This document shows positions 28,784 through 39,605 of a stretch of 64,000 nt of DNA, one piece after another. A model generated the notes under the pieces. The model did not search any database. It worked only from the letters and a program-made list of their open reading frames with translations, and had not been told where the DNA came from. Numbering within the stretch: the first letter of the stretch is position 1; each line of letters starts with the position of its first letter. A program made the position numbers and the translations under genes. The stretch is from Gammaproteobacteria bacterium. Lineage in GTDB: Bacteria > Pseudomonadota > Gammaproteobacteria > GCA-002705445 > GCA-002716945. The stretch covers positions 7,608-71,607 of the forward strand of contig JAQWOB010000003.1 of assembly GCA_029246085.1 (NCBI GenBank), written 5' to 3'.

Positions 28784-29394
28784 TAGGAATGTATTTTATA
28801 ATTCTCAGTAGTAAAAAATGGTTCTTTAATTTTTTTATGACTGGTCATTATTAGCGCGCCACCATTTTCTAAATATTCTTTAGTGGTATCGTTAAAAATA
28901 TTTATTGATTCCTCATCTAGTGCACTATACGGTTCATCGATAACCCATAATAGAGAATTTGTGATCAAAGTTTTCATTAAAGAAACTTTCTTTTGTTGGC
29001 CATGGGATAAATTTTTTGTTAGCATACTTTTCTGCTGAGTCATCTTATAAGTCTCCAATGCTTTCTTAATTGCTAGTTGGGAGTTTTTAGAATTAATAGT
29101 TAAAGCATAAGATAAATTTTCTTCAACAGTAAGGTTGCCTTTAGTTCCATATTTGTGACCAATATAAATTGTTTTTTTAAAAAGATCTTCATCCCCACTG
29201 ATATTTTTGATAAATCCTGAGGTTGGCTCTGTCATTCCAACAATTATTTTTAATAGCGATGTTTTTCCAGAACCATTTAACCCATACAAGTTTAATGCTT
29301 TCGATTTTTTTATTTGGAATGATATGTTTTCTAAAATAGATTTCTCATTCCTCAATAAGGATACATTGTCTATTTCAATTAAATGATTATCCAT
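28783..29394 (-). CDS. ccmA: Cytochrome c biogenesis ABC ATPase CcmA.
   Basis: 203 aa with Walker A (GLNGSGKTSLLKII), ABC signature (LSHGQQKKVSL) and Walker B (LWVIDEP). Confidence 0.85.
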   Translation of the reverse strand: MDNHLIEIDNVSLLRNEKSILENISFQIKKSKALNLYGLNGSGKTSLLKIIVGMTEPTSGFIKNISGDEDLFKKTIYIGHKYGTKGNLTVEENLSYALTINSKNSQLAIKKALETYKMTQQKSMLTKNLSHGQQKKVSLMKTLITNSLLWVIDEPYSALDEESINIFNDTTKEYLENGGALIMTSHKKIKEPFFTTENYKIHS

Positions 29395-29941
29395 TCTGAT
29401 AAGTCTTGGTGAAAGTTATTACCGTATAAGGTATTAACCCATTATTAACTAGTTTTTCTTCAGGCACTAATCGATCTTTTAACACAATAATTCCATCAGG
29501 GTCAGAGTAAACATATTCACCTTCCTGGAAATTTATATTTGCAAAATTTAAGGCTTTCTTATATTCACCTATATTATTTTTTTGGCTTTTTATGGGCATA
29601 GTATTTATTGCTTTTATCCCAATTGGAATATTATTGATGATTTCTGAGTCTCTAATGCACCCATTAATAATAAAGCCAGACCATCCATTTTCGAATGCTT
29701 TTATTGCTAGGTTATCGCCTAGTAGAGCACATTTGGTAGATGCTTTCCCCTCTACAACCATAACGTCACCATCAACTTTTTCTTCAACTAGCTTTTTGAC
29801 ATATGAATTATCTTCTATAGCAATCACTGTTCTAATCATCCCATGGAATTTTTTATTTTTTCCATATGACTTAAAGATTGGATCTCCTATTTGAACATCA
29901 TCATTTTCATCACAAATATCTGCAGTATTAAATAAAATCAT
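29387..29941 (-). CDS. rraA: RraA family protein (regulator of RNase E activity / HMG-CPA aldolase-like).
   Basis: 184 aa, co-linear with E. coli RraA (ADICDE...HGMIRTV..VMVVEGKAS..ALLGDNLA..NGWSGFIINGCIRD). Confidence 0.8.
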   Translation of the reverse strand: MILFNTADICDENDDVQIGDPIFKSYGKNKKFHGMIRTVIAIEDNSYVKKLVEEKVDGDVMVVEGKASTKCALLGDNLAIKAFENGWSGFIINGCIRDSEIINNIPIGIKAINTMPIKSQKNNIGEYKKALNFANINFQEGEYVYSDPDGIIVLKDRLVPEEKLVNNGLIPYTVITFTKTYQNG

Positions 29942-31191
29942 ATACTTACTCTCTTCCTTAAGTTTCTAAGTATTATTAAAGCAGGAAATGCTATCAGTGA
30001 ACAGAAAATAAAGTAATATTCCCATCCTAAAATTTCGACTAAGAATCCAGATGAGCCTGAAAACAAAGTTCTTGGAAGAGACATTATTGCGGTCATTAGA
30101 GCAAACTGTGTTGCCGTAAACTGTTTATTGGTCATATTAGCTATGAATGCTAAATATGCTGTATAACCCATTCCAGCAGCAAGGTTTTCTAATGTTATAA
30201 CGCTTGCTAATAACATTAAACTTTTAGTTGAAATAGCAAGTACTACAAAACCTAATGTTGCTATTGCTTGAAATATCCCAAATGATACTAATGATTTATA
30301 TAGCCCAATCTTAATTGACAAGAGACCACCAATGAATGCCCCAGCTAGTGTTGCTATAAGACCAAATACTTTAACAACTGTGCCGATCTCTGTTTTCGTA
30401 TAACCCATCTCTAGATAAAAATTTGTACTTAATGAGTGCGCCATTGTGTCACCAATCTTGTATAACAAGATAAACAATAAAATTAAAATAGGTATAGAGA
30501 TATTATTATTTATGCTGTCTCCATGTCTTTTAAAAAATTCTACAAATGGATTTCTAACAGCATCTAAAAATGTTGATGGCTCTGAAAAATTAACTGGCTC
30601 ATCAGCAATTAAAGTAATTAAAACACCACCAATCATTACTAATGCCATAATTAAGTACACAAATTGATAAGACATCAAGTCAGCAAGTATTAAACCACCA
30701 GCACCAGCACTTAGCATCCCTATGCGGTAACCTAGAACATAAGATGATGCGCCTAGAACTTGCTCATTATCTGATAACGATTCCCTTCTATATGCATCAA
30801 TGACGATATCTTGTGATGCAGAAAAAAACGTTACGAATATCGCAAGCAATGCAACATTGGCCGCATTCATTGCAGGACTTGTCATGCCTAGTCCTATTAT
30901 TGAGAATATCAGTAAGACTTGAGTTATCAATATCCAGCCTCGTCGACGTCCAAGCTTTGATATAACATATCTATCGAATATTGGGGCCCAGAGGAATTTT
31001 AATGAATACGGGACTCCCACCAATGCAAATAAACCAATTGTGGACTTTGATACACCTTCATCAGTTAACCAAGCTTGCAACAAAGTTATTGTTAATAGCA
31101 GTGGAACGCCAGAAACAAAACCCATTCCTAATGTTATTAGCATTTTTTTTTCTAAATATGGAGAAATATTTTTTAGCATCTTATATATCAT
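29938..31191 (-). CDS. ampG: MFS muropeptide permease of the AmpG family.
   Basis: 417 aa. N-terminus LGMGFVSGVPLLLTITLLQAWLTDEGVSKSTIGLFALVGVPYSLKFLWAPIFDRY closely matches the AmpG N-terminal consensus. Confidence 0.8.
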   Translation of the reverse strand: MIYKMLKNISPYLEKKMLITLGMGFVSGVPLLLTITLLQAWLTDEGVSKSTIGLFALVGVPYSLKFLWAPIFDRYVISKLGRRRGWILITQVLLIFSIIGLGMTSPAMNAANVALLAIFVTFFSASQDIVIDAYRRESLSDNEQVLGASSYVLGYRIGMLSAGAGGLILADLMSYQFVYLIMALVMIGGVLITLIADEPVNFSEPSTFLDAVRNPFVEFFKRHGDSINNNISIPILILLFILLYKIGDTMAHSLSTNFYLEMGYTKTEIGTVVKVFGLIATLAGAFIGGLLSIKIGLYKSLVSFGIFQAIATLGFVVLAISTKSLMLLASVITLENLAAGMGYTAYLAFIANMTNKQFTATQFALMTAIMSLPRTLFSGSSGFLVEILGWEYYFIFCSLIAFPALIILRNLRKRVSI

Positions 31192-31948
31192 AATCTATTA
31201 TTAATGGGCTATGGTCTGAAAATCTTTCTTTTTTATAAATATCTGCTGATAATATTGCTATATTTTTTTGCGAAGAGAGCATTTGATAATCTATTCTCCA
31301 GCCCACATTATTATCCCAAGCTCGACCTCTATTTGACCACCATGTATAATTATCTGGCTTATCATTGATAAATCGAAATGCATCTACACAATTGTAGTGA
31401 TTAATTATTTTATCTATCCAGGCTCTTTCCTCCGGTAAAAATCCAGAATTTTTTTTATTCCCCTTCCAGTTTTTAATATCAATTTCTTTATGTGCAATAT
31501 TCCAGTCACCACAAATTAAAATTGGCTTATTTCCTTTTTTTATCTTTTTTAAATATGATTCAAACTTTGACATAAACTGATATTTTAATTCTTGTCTTAT
31601 TTCACCTGAAGACCCTGATGGAAAATATATAGAGATTATCTTTAGTTTATTTAGCTCTAATTCTATAAACCTGCCTTCACTTGTAAATAGTTTTGACCCA
31701 AAATTTTTATTTATATTTTTTGGAGTTTCTTTTGTATAAATACATACTCCGCTATAACCCTTTTTTTCAGCAACTGACATATATCTTTTGTAACCAGTAA
31801 TATTGAAATCATCAGAGCTAATTTGGTCTTCTAATGCTCTAACCTCTTGGAAGCATATTAAGTCTGGTTTTACTTTTTTTAGCCATTTAAACAAACCTTT
31901 CTTTTGACTTGCCCTGATGCCACATACATTTAATGTTAAAACTTTCAT
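31181..31948 (-). CDS. Exodeoxyribonuclease III (Xth family), copy 2.
   Basis: 255 aa EEP nuclease (MKVLTLNVCGIRAS, LICFQEVR, DHSPL). A second ExoIII paralogue in the window. Confidence 0.85.
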   Translation of the reverse strand: MKVLTLNVCGIRASQKKGLFKWLKKVKPDLICFQEVRALEDQISSDDFNITGYKRYMSVAEKKGYSGVCIYTKETPKNINKNFGSKLFTSEGRFIELELNKLKIISIYFPSGSSGEIRQELKYQFMSKFESYLKKIKKGNKPILICGDWNIAHKEIDIKNWKGNKKNSGFLPEERAWIDKIINHYNCVDAFRFINDKPDNYTWWSNRGRAWDNNVGWRIDYQMLSSQKNIAILSADIYKKERFSDHSPLIIDYDI

Positions 31949-31998
31949 ATTCTTTATTTACACTATGTTAAAATATATAATAAATACTCATAATATTA

Positions 31999-32637
31999 AT
32001 GAACGACCTTAAAAAACAATTTATAGAATTTACATTAGACCATCAAATACTTCGTTTTGGTAATTTTTCTCTTAATTCTGGTAGACAAAGCCCATATTTC
32101 TTTAATACAGGCTTATGTAATACTGGCGAATTACTTGCTAAATTAGCAAAATTTTATTCTGATTTATTAGTAGAAAATAATATAAAATATGATTTTATTT
32201 TTGGCCCTGCTTATAAGGGAATAACATTAGCCACGTCTATTAGTAATAGTTTGTATAATTCTCATAATATTAATAAACCCTTTTGTTTCAATCGAAAAGA
32301 AGCTAAAGCGCATGGAGAAAAGGGTATATTTGTTGGCTCTCCACCAGTAGGTAATGCGCTAATTGTTGATGATGTTATTTCGTCTGGTAAATCAATAATT
32401 GAGTCAATAGATCTTTTGTCAAATAATGATGCAATACCAGCATCTGTTTTAGTTGCTTTTGATAGGATGGAGATTGGGGTAGCCAAAAGGGCTTCAATTG
32501 AGATTTCAGATAAATATAAAATACCAGTGTATTCAATTATTACTCTTGATGATATTGTTGAATTTCTTCAAAGTAACAAGGCAATGGCTTTAGAGTTAGA
32601 GTCAATGACCCAATATATAGCTCAATATAAAAGATAA
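31999..32637 (+). CDS. pyrE: Orotate phosphoribosyltransferase.
   Basis: 212 aa with a PRPP-binding motif (LIVDDVISSGKS) and a PyrE N-terminus. Confidence 0.93.
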   Translation: MNDLKKQFIEFTLDHQILRFGNFSLNSGRQSPYFFNTGLCNTGELLAKLAKFYSDLLVENNIKYDFIFGPAYKGITLATSISNSLYNSHNINKPFCFNRKEAKAHGEKGIFVGSPPVGNALIVDDVISSGKSIIESIDLLSNNDAIPASVLVAFDRMEIGVAKRASIEISDKYKIPVYSIITLDDIVEFLQSNKAMALELESMTQYIAQYKR

Positions 32638-32639
32638 GT

Positions 32640-33389
32640 TTACATAATTAAACTAACACCTACTATTATAGTAATGGTTTGATAAATAATTTTAATTGTG
32701 CGATTGCTTTTAGATAGTGATATTTTTGCTCCTAAATAACCACCTATCAATGACCCAAAAAATAATGCTGGTAAAAGCATCCATTCTATTTCAGTTACCA
32801 AACCCAAGGTGATTGCCCCCAAAGCATTAAAGAATATTCCAACTATTATTAATGTATATGCAATTGCTTTTTTGTAGTCCATGCCATACCAAGAAATCAA
32901 TACAATCGTAAAAATTAATCCAGTCCCTGCAGATAATGAACCGTTTAGAAAACCAGTTAAAAATATCAATGAATAACCAATTAAATTATTTGCAATAGTA
33001 TTTGAATATTTGTATTCTTTTTCTCCATAATTTTTCATTTTAAATGAATATAGACTTATAAAAATTATTAATATACCTAATAATAATCTGGCAAGTTGAT
33101 CATCAGTAAAAGATATAAGTTGGGCACCTATAAATACCCCAGGTAAACCAGCTAATAATAATTTTATGAGTAAATATTTTTTAAAAGAAATAGTTTTGGC
33201 AAATTTACTTGTTGCGCCAATGCCTAATGCGACAGTTGCTATTTTATGTACTGCTAATGCATTTATAAAAGGAATATTGAATAATAATAATATTGCAGGT
33301 AACTGGATTACACCTGCTCCACCTCCAGAAAATGCAGAAAAAATATTTGAAATAAGTGATATTGCTAGTAAACAGATTTGTTCAAACAA
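32640..33389 (-). CDS. TSUP (TauE/SafE) family membrane transporter.
   Basis: 249 aa polytopic membrane protein with two repeats of Gly-rich TM segments typical of TSUP. Confidence 0.7.
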   Translation of the reverse strand: MFEQICLLAISLISNIFSAFSGGGAGVIQLPAILLLFNIPFINALAVHKIATVALGIGATSKFAKTISFKKYLLIKLLLAGLPGVFIGAQLISFTDDQLARLLLGILIIFISLYSFKMKNYGEKEYKYSNTIANNLIGYSLIFLTGFLNGSLSAGTGLIFTIVLISWYGMDYKKAIAYTLIIVGIFFNALGAITLGLVTEIEWMLLPALFFGSLIGGYLGAKISLSKSNRTIKIIYQTITIIVGVSLIM

Positions 33390-33390
33390 A

Positions 33391-34290
33391 TTACTTCCTT
33401 CGTATCATTGTGCCTATACCTGCGTCTGTAAATAATTCTAATAAAACAGAATGGTCAACTGTCCCATCAATTATCTGAACATGCTCCACCCCCGAGGCAA
33501 CAGCTTCTAATGCTGACTCAACCTTTGGCAACATTCCATCAGATATTACTCCGTTTTTAATCAACTCTTTAACTTTTAAGGCATTAATCGATTTAATTAA
33601 ATTACCATCACTATCCAAAATCCCAGCTGTATTTGTAAGCATTAAATATTTACGAGCTTGGAGTATATATGCTATTTTGCCTGCAACTAAATCAGCATTA
33701 ATATTGTATGTCGCCCCATCATCACCGATTCCAATAGGGGCAATAACTGGTATAAATGGAGAGCCATCTAGTAGACTTACAACTTCTGGATCAATACTTT
33801 GTACTGTACCAGTATTTTTAAAATCAATATTTTTGAATTTACCTTCACCAATAACCTTTTTTGCTCTAATTAGACCACCATCTTTTCCCGATAAGCCAAC
33901 AGCCTTACCTCCATGAGATGATATACAGCTAACAATCTCTTTATTTATAAGACCGCCTAAGACCATTTCAATTGGATGTATAGATTCTGAATCAGTAATT
34001 CTCATACCATTAGCAAATTCTGAATCAATTCCAAGCTTTTTTAAGTAAGAAGTAATTTGTGGGCCACCACCATGAACTATTACTGGGTGCAGACCCACCT
34101 GTTTTAATAAGACAACATCTCTCGCAAAATTATTTTTAAGAGTTTCATCAGTCATTGCATGTCCACCAAATTTTATAACTATTACCTTCCCAGATAATTG
34201 TTGAATATATGGCAATGCTTCAATTAATATTTTTGCAGTGATGGGCGTAATTTTATTATCGCCTCTATATATGACTTCTTCTTTTTTCAT
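33391..34290 (-). CDS. argB: Acetylglutamate kinase.
   Basis: 299 aa with the amino-acid-kinase fold (VIVIKFGGHAM, VIVHGGGPQI). Confidence 0.93.
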   Translation of the reverse strand: MKKEEVIYRGDNKITPITAKILIEALPYIQQLSGKVIVIKFGGHAMTDETLKNNFARDVVLLKQVGLHPVIVHGGGPQITSYLKKLGIDSEFANGMRITDSESIHPIEMVLGGLINKEIVSCISSHGGKAVGLSGKDGGLIRAKKVIGEGKFKNIDFKNTGTVQSIDPEVVSLLDGSPFIPVIAPIGIGDDGATYNINADLVAGKIAYILQARKYLMLTNTAGILDSDGNLIKSINALKVKELIKNGVISDGMLPKVESALEAVASGVEHVQIIDGTVDHSVLLELFTDAGIGTMIRRK

Positions 34291-34296
34291 ATTTCC

Positions 34297-35679
34297 TCAG
34301 AAAGGTATTTTTATATTATTATCAACCATTAACATATTCTTTTTTACTATGCCCTGAATCTTGTTCAGAATACTTTTATTATCTGCCTCAAATCTCAATA
34401 CTAAGTTAGATGAAGTGTTAGAACATCTTATCAAAGCCCAGCCATCTGGATATATTATTTTCAATCCATCAATATCAATAATACTAGCATTATCGAATTT
34501 CGTTAGTTTTGCAAATAAATCCATGAAAGTAAAATGATTATTGCCAGAGAATGGTATATTAATTTCAGGCGTCGTTACTGATACTGGTAAATCATTCAGT
34601 ATTTCTTCATAATTTTCATTATTAGATAGTATTTCTAATAATCTTATCGATGCATATATACCATCATCAAAGCCTTTCCATTTATCAGCAAAGAATATAT
34701 GTCCACTCATCTCGCCCCCCAACAATGCCTTTTCTTTAATCATTGCTTTTTTTATGAAGGAATGACCAGTCCTGGAAAGCACTGGAATACCATTATTTTT
34801 TATAATTTCATCTTCAAGATGCTTTGTACATTTTACATCATAAACAATTTTTGCATCTCTATTATTTTTTAAAATACTTCGGCTAAATAGTATCATAAGC
34901 TGATCAGGCCAAATAATATCTCCATTGCCTTTTAAAGCAATTATTCTGTCACCATCTCCATCATATGCGAACCCAATACTAGATTTATTGCTTTTTATTT
35001 CATCTTTTAGCTGAACTAAATTTTTTTCATTAGAAGTGTCTGGAGGATGATTTGGAAAATTTCCATCAACACTTTCATTTATTATATATGCATTAATTTT
35101 AAATGCAGAAAAAATACTTTTAGCAACAGCTCCTGTTACTCCATTACCGCAATCAATCGATACATTAAAAGGAAAATCTATACTAATGTCTGCTGTAATC
35201 TTTTTAATGTATTGTTCAAGTATATCTTCATTATAAATAATTTTTCCTTGTCTACCATTAGATTCAAATTTTTTAGAGATTATTAAGTCATAGAGCTCTA
35301 GAATATATTTATCAAACAAAGTCATACCATTAATGACCATTTTTATTCCATTAAAGTTTTTTGGGTTATGACTTCCAGTTATCATTAACCCATTATCAAT
35401 ATCTAGGTCATATAATGAAAAATATAAAAGTGGAGTAGGTAGCATTCCAATATCTATTACATCGACACCAGTTGATATTATGCCTTCAATTAGATTTTTC
35501 TTCAGTGATTTTCCTGATAATCTTCCGTCCATGCAGACACTAACTTTTTTTATTTTTGAAACTTCTAATATTTTCGTTCCTAAAGCTTTGCCGAGAAGAT
35601 TATACAGTTCCTCATTAATTTGCTCAGGATATTGGCCTCTAATATCATAAGCTCTAAATACTTCTTTTGAAATATTCAA
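34297..35679 (-). CDS. algC: Phosphomannomutase/phosphoglucomutase (AlgC/ManB type).
   Basis: 460 aa with the active-site Ser motif TGSHNPKNFNGIK and a metal-binding DGDGDR motif. Confidence 0.9.
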   Translation of the reverse strand: MNISKEVFRAYDIRGQYPEQINEELYNLLGKALGTKILEVSKIKKVSVCMDGRLSGKSLKKNLIEGIISTGVDVIDIGMLPTPLLYFSLYDLDIDNGLMITGSHNPKNFNGIKMVINGMTLFDKYILELYDLIISKKFESNGRQGKIIYNEDILEQYIKKITADISIDFPFNVSIDCGNGVTGAVAKSIFSAFKINAYIINESVDGNFPNHPPDTSNEKNLVQLKDEIKSNKSSIGFAYDGDGDRIIALKGNGDIIWPDQLMILFSRSILKNNRDAKIVYDVKCTKHLEDEIIKNNGIPVLSRTGHSFIKKAMIKEKALLGGEMSGHIFFADKWKGFDDGIYASIRLLEILSNNENYEEILNDLPVSVTTPEINIPFSGNNHFTFMDLFAKLTKFDNASIIDIDGLKIIYPDGWALIRCSNTSSNLVLRFEADNKSILNKIQGIVKKNMLMVDNNIKIPF

Positions 35680-35681
35680 CC

Positions 35682-36131
35682 TTATGTTCTCCCTGACGAG
35701 CCAAAACCACCTTCGCCTCTTTCTGTTTCATCAAAATCTTGTACTAGTTCAAACTTTGGCTGATCAACGGTAATAAATAGTAATTGAGCGATTCTATCAT
35801 ATGGGTTAATTTTGAATTCAGTATTACCCCTGTTCCAACAGGAAACAAAAAGCTGGCCTTGATAGTCTGAATCTATAAGGCCTACTAAGTTACCCAAGAC
35901 TATTCCATGTTTATGGCCTAGCCCAGATCTAGGAAGTATTAATGCTGCATGAGCATTATCATCTATAAAGATGGCAACGCCAGTTGGTATTAATTCAGTC
36001 TGGTTGGGGAGTAATATTAGCGTACTATCTAATGAAGCTCTTAAGTCAAGACCAGCAGAACCAGGCGTAGAAAACGATGGCATATCTTTCAAGTTTTTAT
36101 CCAAGATTTTGATCTTAACTTTTCTTAGCAT
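35682..36131 (-). CDS. dut: dUTP diphosphatase.
   Basis: 149 aa with dUTPase motifs ([25 protein letters not shown]). Confidence 0.93.
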   Translation of the reverse strand: MLRKVKIKILDKNLKDMPSFSTPGSAGLDLRASLDSTLILLPNQTELIPTGVAIFIDDNAHAALILPRSGLGHKHGIVLGNLVGLIDSDYQGQLFVSCWNRGNTEFKINPYDRIAQLLFITVDQPKFELVQDFDETERGEGGFGSSGRT

Positions 36132-37350
36132 TATTTTTAACTAGCTGAAGTTTATTTGAATATTCTATAGCTATAAAATCTAAAATTTTATTAGCGATAT
36201 TTGATTTTTTATCATAGCTAATTTTTTTTGAATTTGTATTAGATAGTATTGTCACTTCATTGTAGTCTGATTCAAAACCTAGTTTTAATTCATGATTCGC
36301 AATATTTCCGACTATTATATCAAGATTTTTCTTTGCTAATTTTTGTTGTGCATTTTCTTTTAAACTATTTGTTTCAGCAGCAAAGCCTACAGTAAAAAGA
36401 TTTTTATATTTTTTAGATATAGTTTCCAATATATCTATGCCTCTAGTAAATTCTATAGTAATATTGTTTTTATTTTTTTTATACTTTATATCTGAATAAT
36501 TGGCTGGCTTATAGTCTGCGATAGCAGCTGTTGAAATAAAAATATCAAAATCAGAAACTTTTTCCTTAACAGCTTCATACATCTCTGATGAAGTTTCCAC
36601 ATATGTTGTTCTTATATCTGTAATAGGATTTAACATAACTGGGCCTGATATTAGTTCTACATTAGCTCCTTTTGCCTTTGCAGCCATTGCAATAGCATAT
36701 CCCATTTTGCCTGAACTATAATTACTCATAAATCTTACTGGGTCTATGGGTTCTCTTGTGGGACCAGCAGTAATAAGAATTCTACTTCCTGATAACTGAG
36801 ATGTTTTGCTCTGTTCCTTAATTTTTTCTATTATTTCCTCAGGGTGAGTCATTCTCCCATAACCTATATCTCCACACGCATGGCTACCATAATTTGGTCC
36901 AATTATTTTTATATCTGCATTATTAAGTTTTTCAATACTTGCCTGAGTTACTTTATTGTTCCACATATCGGGATTCATCGCGGGTGCAATACATAATGAT
37001 TTAGTAAATGCTAAACATATTGTAGACAGCAAGCCATCTCCATGACCATTTGCTAGTTTATTCATGAAGTTTGCAGTACATGGGGCTATAAGAATTACAT
37101 CTGCCCATTTAGCTAAGTCAAGATGTGTAAAATTAGTTAAAGTATTTGACCCTTCATCTTCAGAGATCACTTTATTTCCAGATAAAGACTCAAGAGTTGT
37201 TTCTGTTATAAATAGTTCAGAGCTTTTTGTCATTACAACTTTTACATTGCAGCCCTCTTTTTTTAATCTACTGGTAATATCAGCTGCTTTATATGCAGCT
37301 ATACTTCCAGTAATACCGAGTAAAATATTTTTTTCAGTTAGTATGTTCAT
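36115..37350 (-). CDS. coaBC: Bifunctional phosphopantothenoylcysteine decarboxylase/synthetase CoaBC (Dfp).
   Basis: 411 aa with an N-terminal flavoprotein domain ([14 protein letters not shown]) and a C-terminal CoaB domain. Confidence 0.93.
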   Translation of the reverse strand: MNILTEKNILLGITGSIAAYKAADITSRLKKEGCNVKVVMTKSSELFITETTLESLSGNKVISEDEGSNTLTNFTHLDLAKWADVILIAPCTANFMNKLANGHGDGLLSTICLAFTKSLCIAPAMNPDMWNNKVTQASIEKLNNADIKIIGPNYGSHACGDIGYGRMTHPEEIIEKIKEQSKTSQLSGSRILITAGPTREPIDPVRFMSNYSSGKMGYAIAMAAKAKGANVELISGPVMLNPITDIRTTYVETSSEMYEAVKEKVSDFDIFISTAAIADYKPANYSDIKYKKNKNNITIEFTRGIDILETISKKYKNLFTVGFAAETNSLKENAQQKLAKKNLDIIVGNIANHELKLGFESDYNEVTILSNTNSKKISYDKKSNIANKILDFIAIEYSNKLQLVKNNAKKS

Positions 37351-37373
37351 ATCAATTTATTATTAAATTTTCA

Positions 37374-38531
37374 TTATTTAATAGTATTTAAAAATTCTAC
37401 TAATGATTGTATTTGTTTTTTGCTATGACCGCTAGTTAAATTAATCCTAATAAGGTCATGATTCATAGGCACTGTTGGATATCTTATCCCTTGTATAAAT
37501 ATATTTAATTTTTTTGCTCTTTTACAGATATCCATCACTTCTTTTGGATTGCCAACTGTCATAGTTTGAATAGGTGTATTAGAATTATTTATATTTACTT
37601 TAAATATTTTTATGAGCTTCTTGAAATAAGCAATATTAGAATATAAATTTTTAACTATTTTTTTATCATCCATTATCATGTTTATGCTTTCTAAAGTAGT
37701 TTCTACCAAGGCAGGAGGCAATGCTGTAGAATAAATATATGGTTTAGATTTTTGAATAAGCAAGTCTATTAATCCCTTAGAGCCACAAACAAAAGCACCA
37801 AATGTTCCAACAGCTTTTCCAAAAGTCGCTACATATGCATCAATTTTTATTTTACCTAAATTTAAATGATTAATAGAGCTAGGAAATTTTTTTTCATTTT
37901 CTCTTAAAACACCAAAGCCATGAGCGTCATCAATAAAGAGTAATGCTTTATGTCTTTTTGCAATTGATGAAATTTTGAGTAAATCGGCCTGCTCTCCAGT
38001 CATACTGAATACAGTATCTGTAAATATAATTTTTGTTGGAGATTTTATCTTCTGTATTTTATCTTCTAGATCAGAATAGTCAAGATGTTTATACCTTACT
38101 AGTTTTGTTTTTGAAAGCCTTGAACTTTCTATAATAGAGTTATGATTTCCTTTATCTTGAAAGATAGTAATTTCATTTTCTGAAATAGCATTAATTAAAC
38201 CTACATTGGTCAAATATCCAGAGTTAGATACTAATGTAGATTCAAAGCCTAGCAATTTAGTTATACATTTTTCAAGACTTTCATGAGCTTTGCTGTAACC
38301 GCTTATTAGCGGGGATGCTCCCGAACCAATACCATACTCATCTACACACTTTTTTAATTTTATTTTAAGTTTTTTATTATTTGCTAAATTTAAGTAATTG
38401 TTACTAGAGAAATTATTTAATATTTTCCCAGAAACTTTTATTAATGAGTCTTGGGCAGACTCAGTAGCCACTCTATTTCTATAATTGTTATCTTTTTTTA
38501 AATTTAAGATTATATTTTTAAAATCAGGCAC
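37374..38531 (-). CDS. bioF: 8-amino-7-oxononanoate synthase.
   Basis: 385 aa alpha-oxoamine synthase (DDAHGFGV, the PLP-Lys region FGKAVG). Adjacent to bioB. Confidence 0.85.
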   Translation of the reverse strand: MPDFKNIILNLKKDNNYRNRVATESAQDSLIKVSGKILNNFSSNNYLNLANNKKLKIKLKKCVDEYGIGSGASPLISGYSKAHESLEKCITKLLGFESTLVSNSGYLTNVGLINAISENEITIFQDKGNHNSIIESSRLSKTKLVRYKHLDYSDLEDKIQKIKSPTKIIFTDTVFSMTGEQADLLKISSIAKRHKALLFIDDAHGFGVLRENEKKFPSSINHLNLGKIKIDAYVATFGKAVGTFGAFVCGSKGLIDLLIQKSKPYIYSTALPPALVETTLESINMIMDDKKIVKNLYSNIAYFKKLIKIFKVNINNSNTPIQTMTVGNPKEVMDICKRAKKLNIFIQGIRYPTVPMNHDLIRINLTSGHSKKQIQSLVEFLNTIK

Positions 38532-38537
38532 TTATTT

Positions 38538-39605
38538 TTATGATGCATGTGGTTTTTGAATATTATTAATAGCTATAGGTATATCTTTTAATTTTTTTTC
38601 AGTAGGAAGCTCATCTGACTCAATCTTCTCAGAACTATTTGAGTTACCCATTGTATTAATTTGTAACTTTTTAAGAAGTTTACGGTCATGATCTATTGTT
38701 GAATTTTTTGTAGTTAATAATTCTTCGCCATAAAAAATTGAATTTGCACCTGCAAAAAAACATAATGCTTGCATTTGGTCATTCATCGCATCTCTTCCTG
38801 CCGATAATCTAACATAAGCTTTTGGCATTGCAATTCTAGCTAGCGCTATAACTCGAATAAAATCAAATTCATCTACATCAAAATTGTCAAAATATGGAGT
38901 CCCTTCAACTTTCACTAATCTATTTATTGGTACTGACTCTGGATGTACTTCTAGGTTAGCTAAAACTTGAATTAATTTTACTCTGTCTATATTTTCCTCT
39001 CCTAGGCCCAATATCCCTCCACTACATACTTTGACTCCAGCATCTCTAACATGTTTTAAAGTATCAAGTCTGTCCTGATATGTACGAGTAGTAACAACTT
39101 TTTTATAATACTCTTCTGAAGTATCTAGATTGTGATTATAGTAATCTAGTCCTACTTCTTTTAATTCTTCTGCTTGAGTTCCGGAAAGCATCCCTAGCGT
39201 GACACATGTTTCCAAACCCAGATCTTTAACTTCTTTTACCATTTCTTTGACTTTTGCTAGATTACTTTTAGTTAAATTTCTCCAAGCTGCGCCCATGCAG
39301 AATCTAGTTGCTCCGCTTTCTTTGGCATCTTTGGCTTGTTTTATGATATCTGACAAGGGTAATGTTTTTTCAAGATTTATATCGGTATCATACCGTATGC
39401 TTTGAGAGCAGTATTTACAATCTTCCGGGCAGCCACCTGTTTTTATAGACATTAATGTAGATATTTGAATTTCATTTGGATTATGATATTTTCTATGTAA
39501 TTCATGGGATCTCCATAGCAAATCATTAAATGGCAAATCGTATAGTTTTTGCAATTCAAGAACTGTCCAATCATTTTTAATATCAAGATTTTTCATATTA
39601 TTCAA
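38538..39605 (-). CDS. bioB: Biotin synthase.
   Basis: 355 aa radical-SAM enzyme with [11 protein letters not shown]. Confidence 0.95.
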   Translation of the reverse strand: MNNMKNLDIKNDWTVLELQKLYDLPFNDLLWRSHELHRKYHNPNEIQISTLMSIKTGGCPEDCKYCSQSIRYDTDINLEKTLPLSDIIKQAKDAKESGATRFCMGAAWRNLTKSNLAKVKEMVKEVKDLGLETCVTLGMLSGTQAEELKEVGLDYYNHNLDTSEEYYKKVVTTRTYQDRLDTLKHVRDAGVKVCSGGILGLGEENIDRVKLIQVLANLEVHPESVPINRLVKVEGTPYFDNFDVDEFDFIRVIALARIAMPKAYVRLSAGRDAMNDQMQALCFFAGANSIFYGEELLTTKNSTIDHDRKLLKKLQINTMGNSNSSEKIESDELPTEKKLKDIPIAINNIQKPHAS

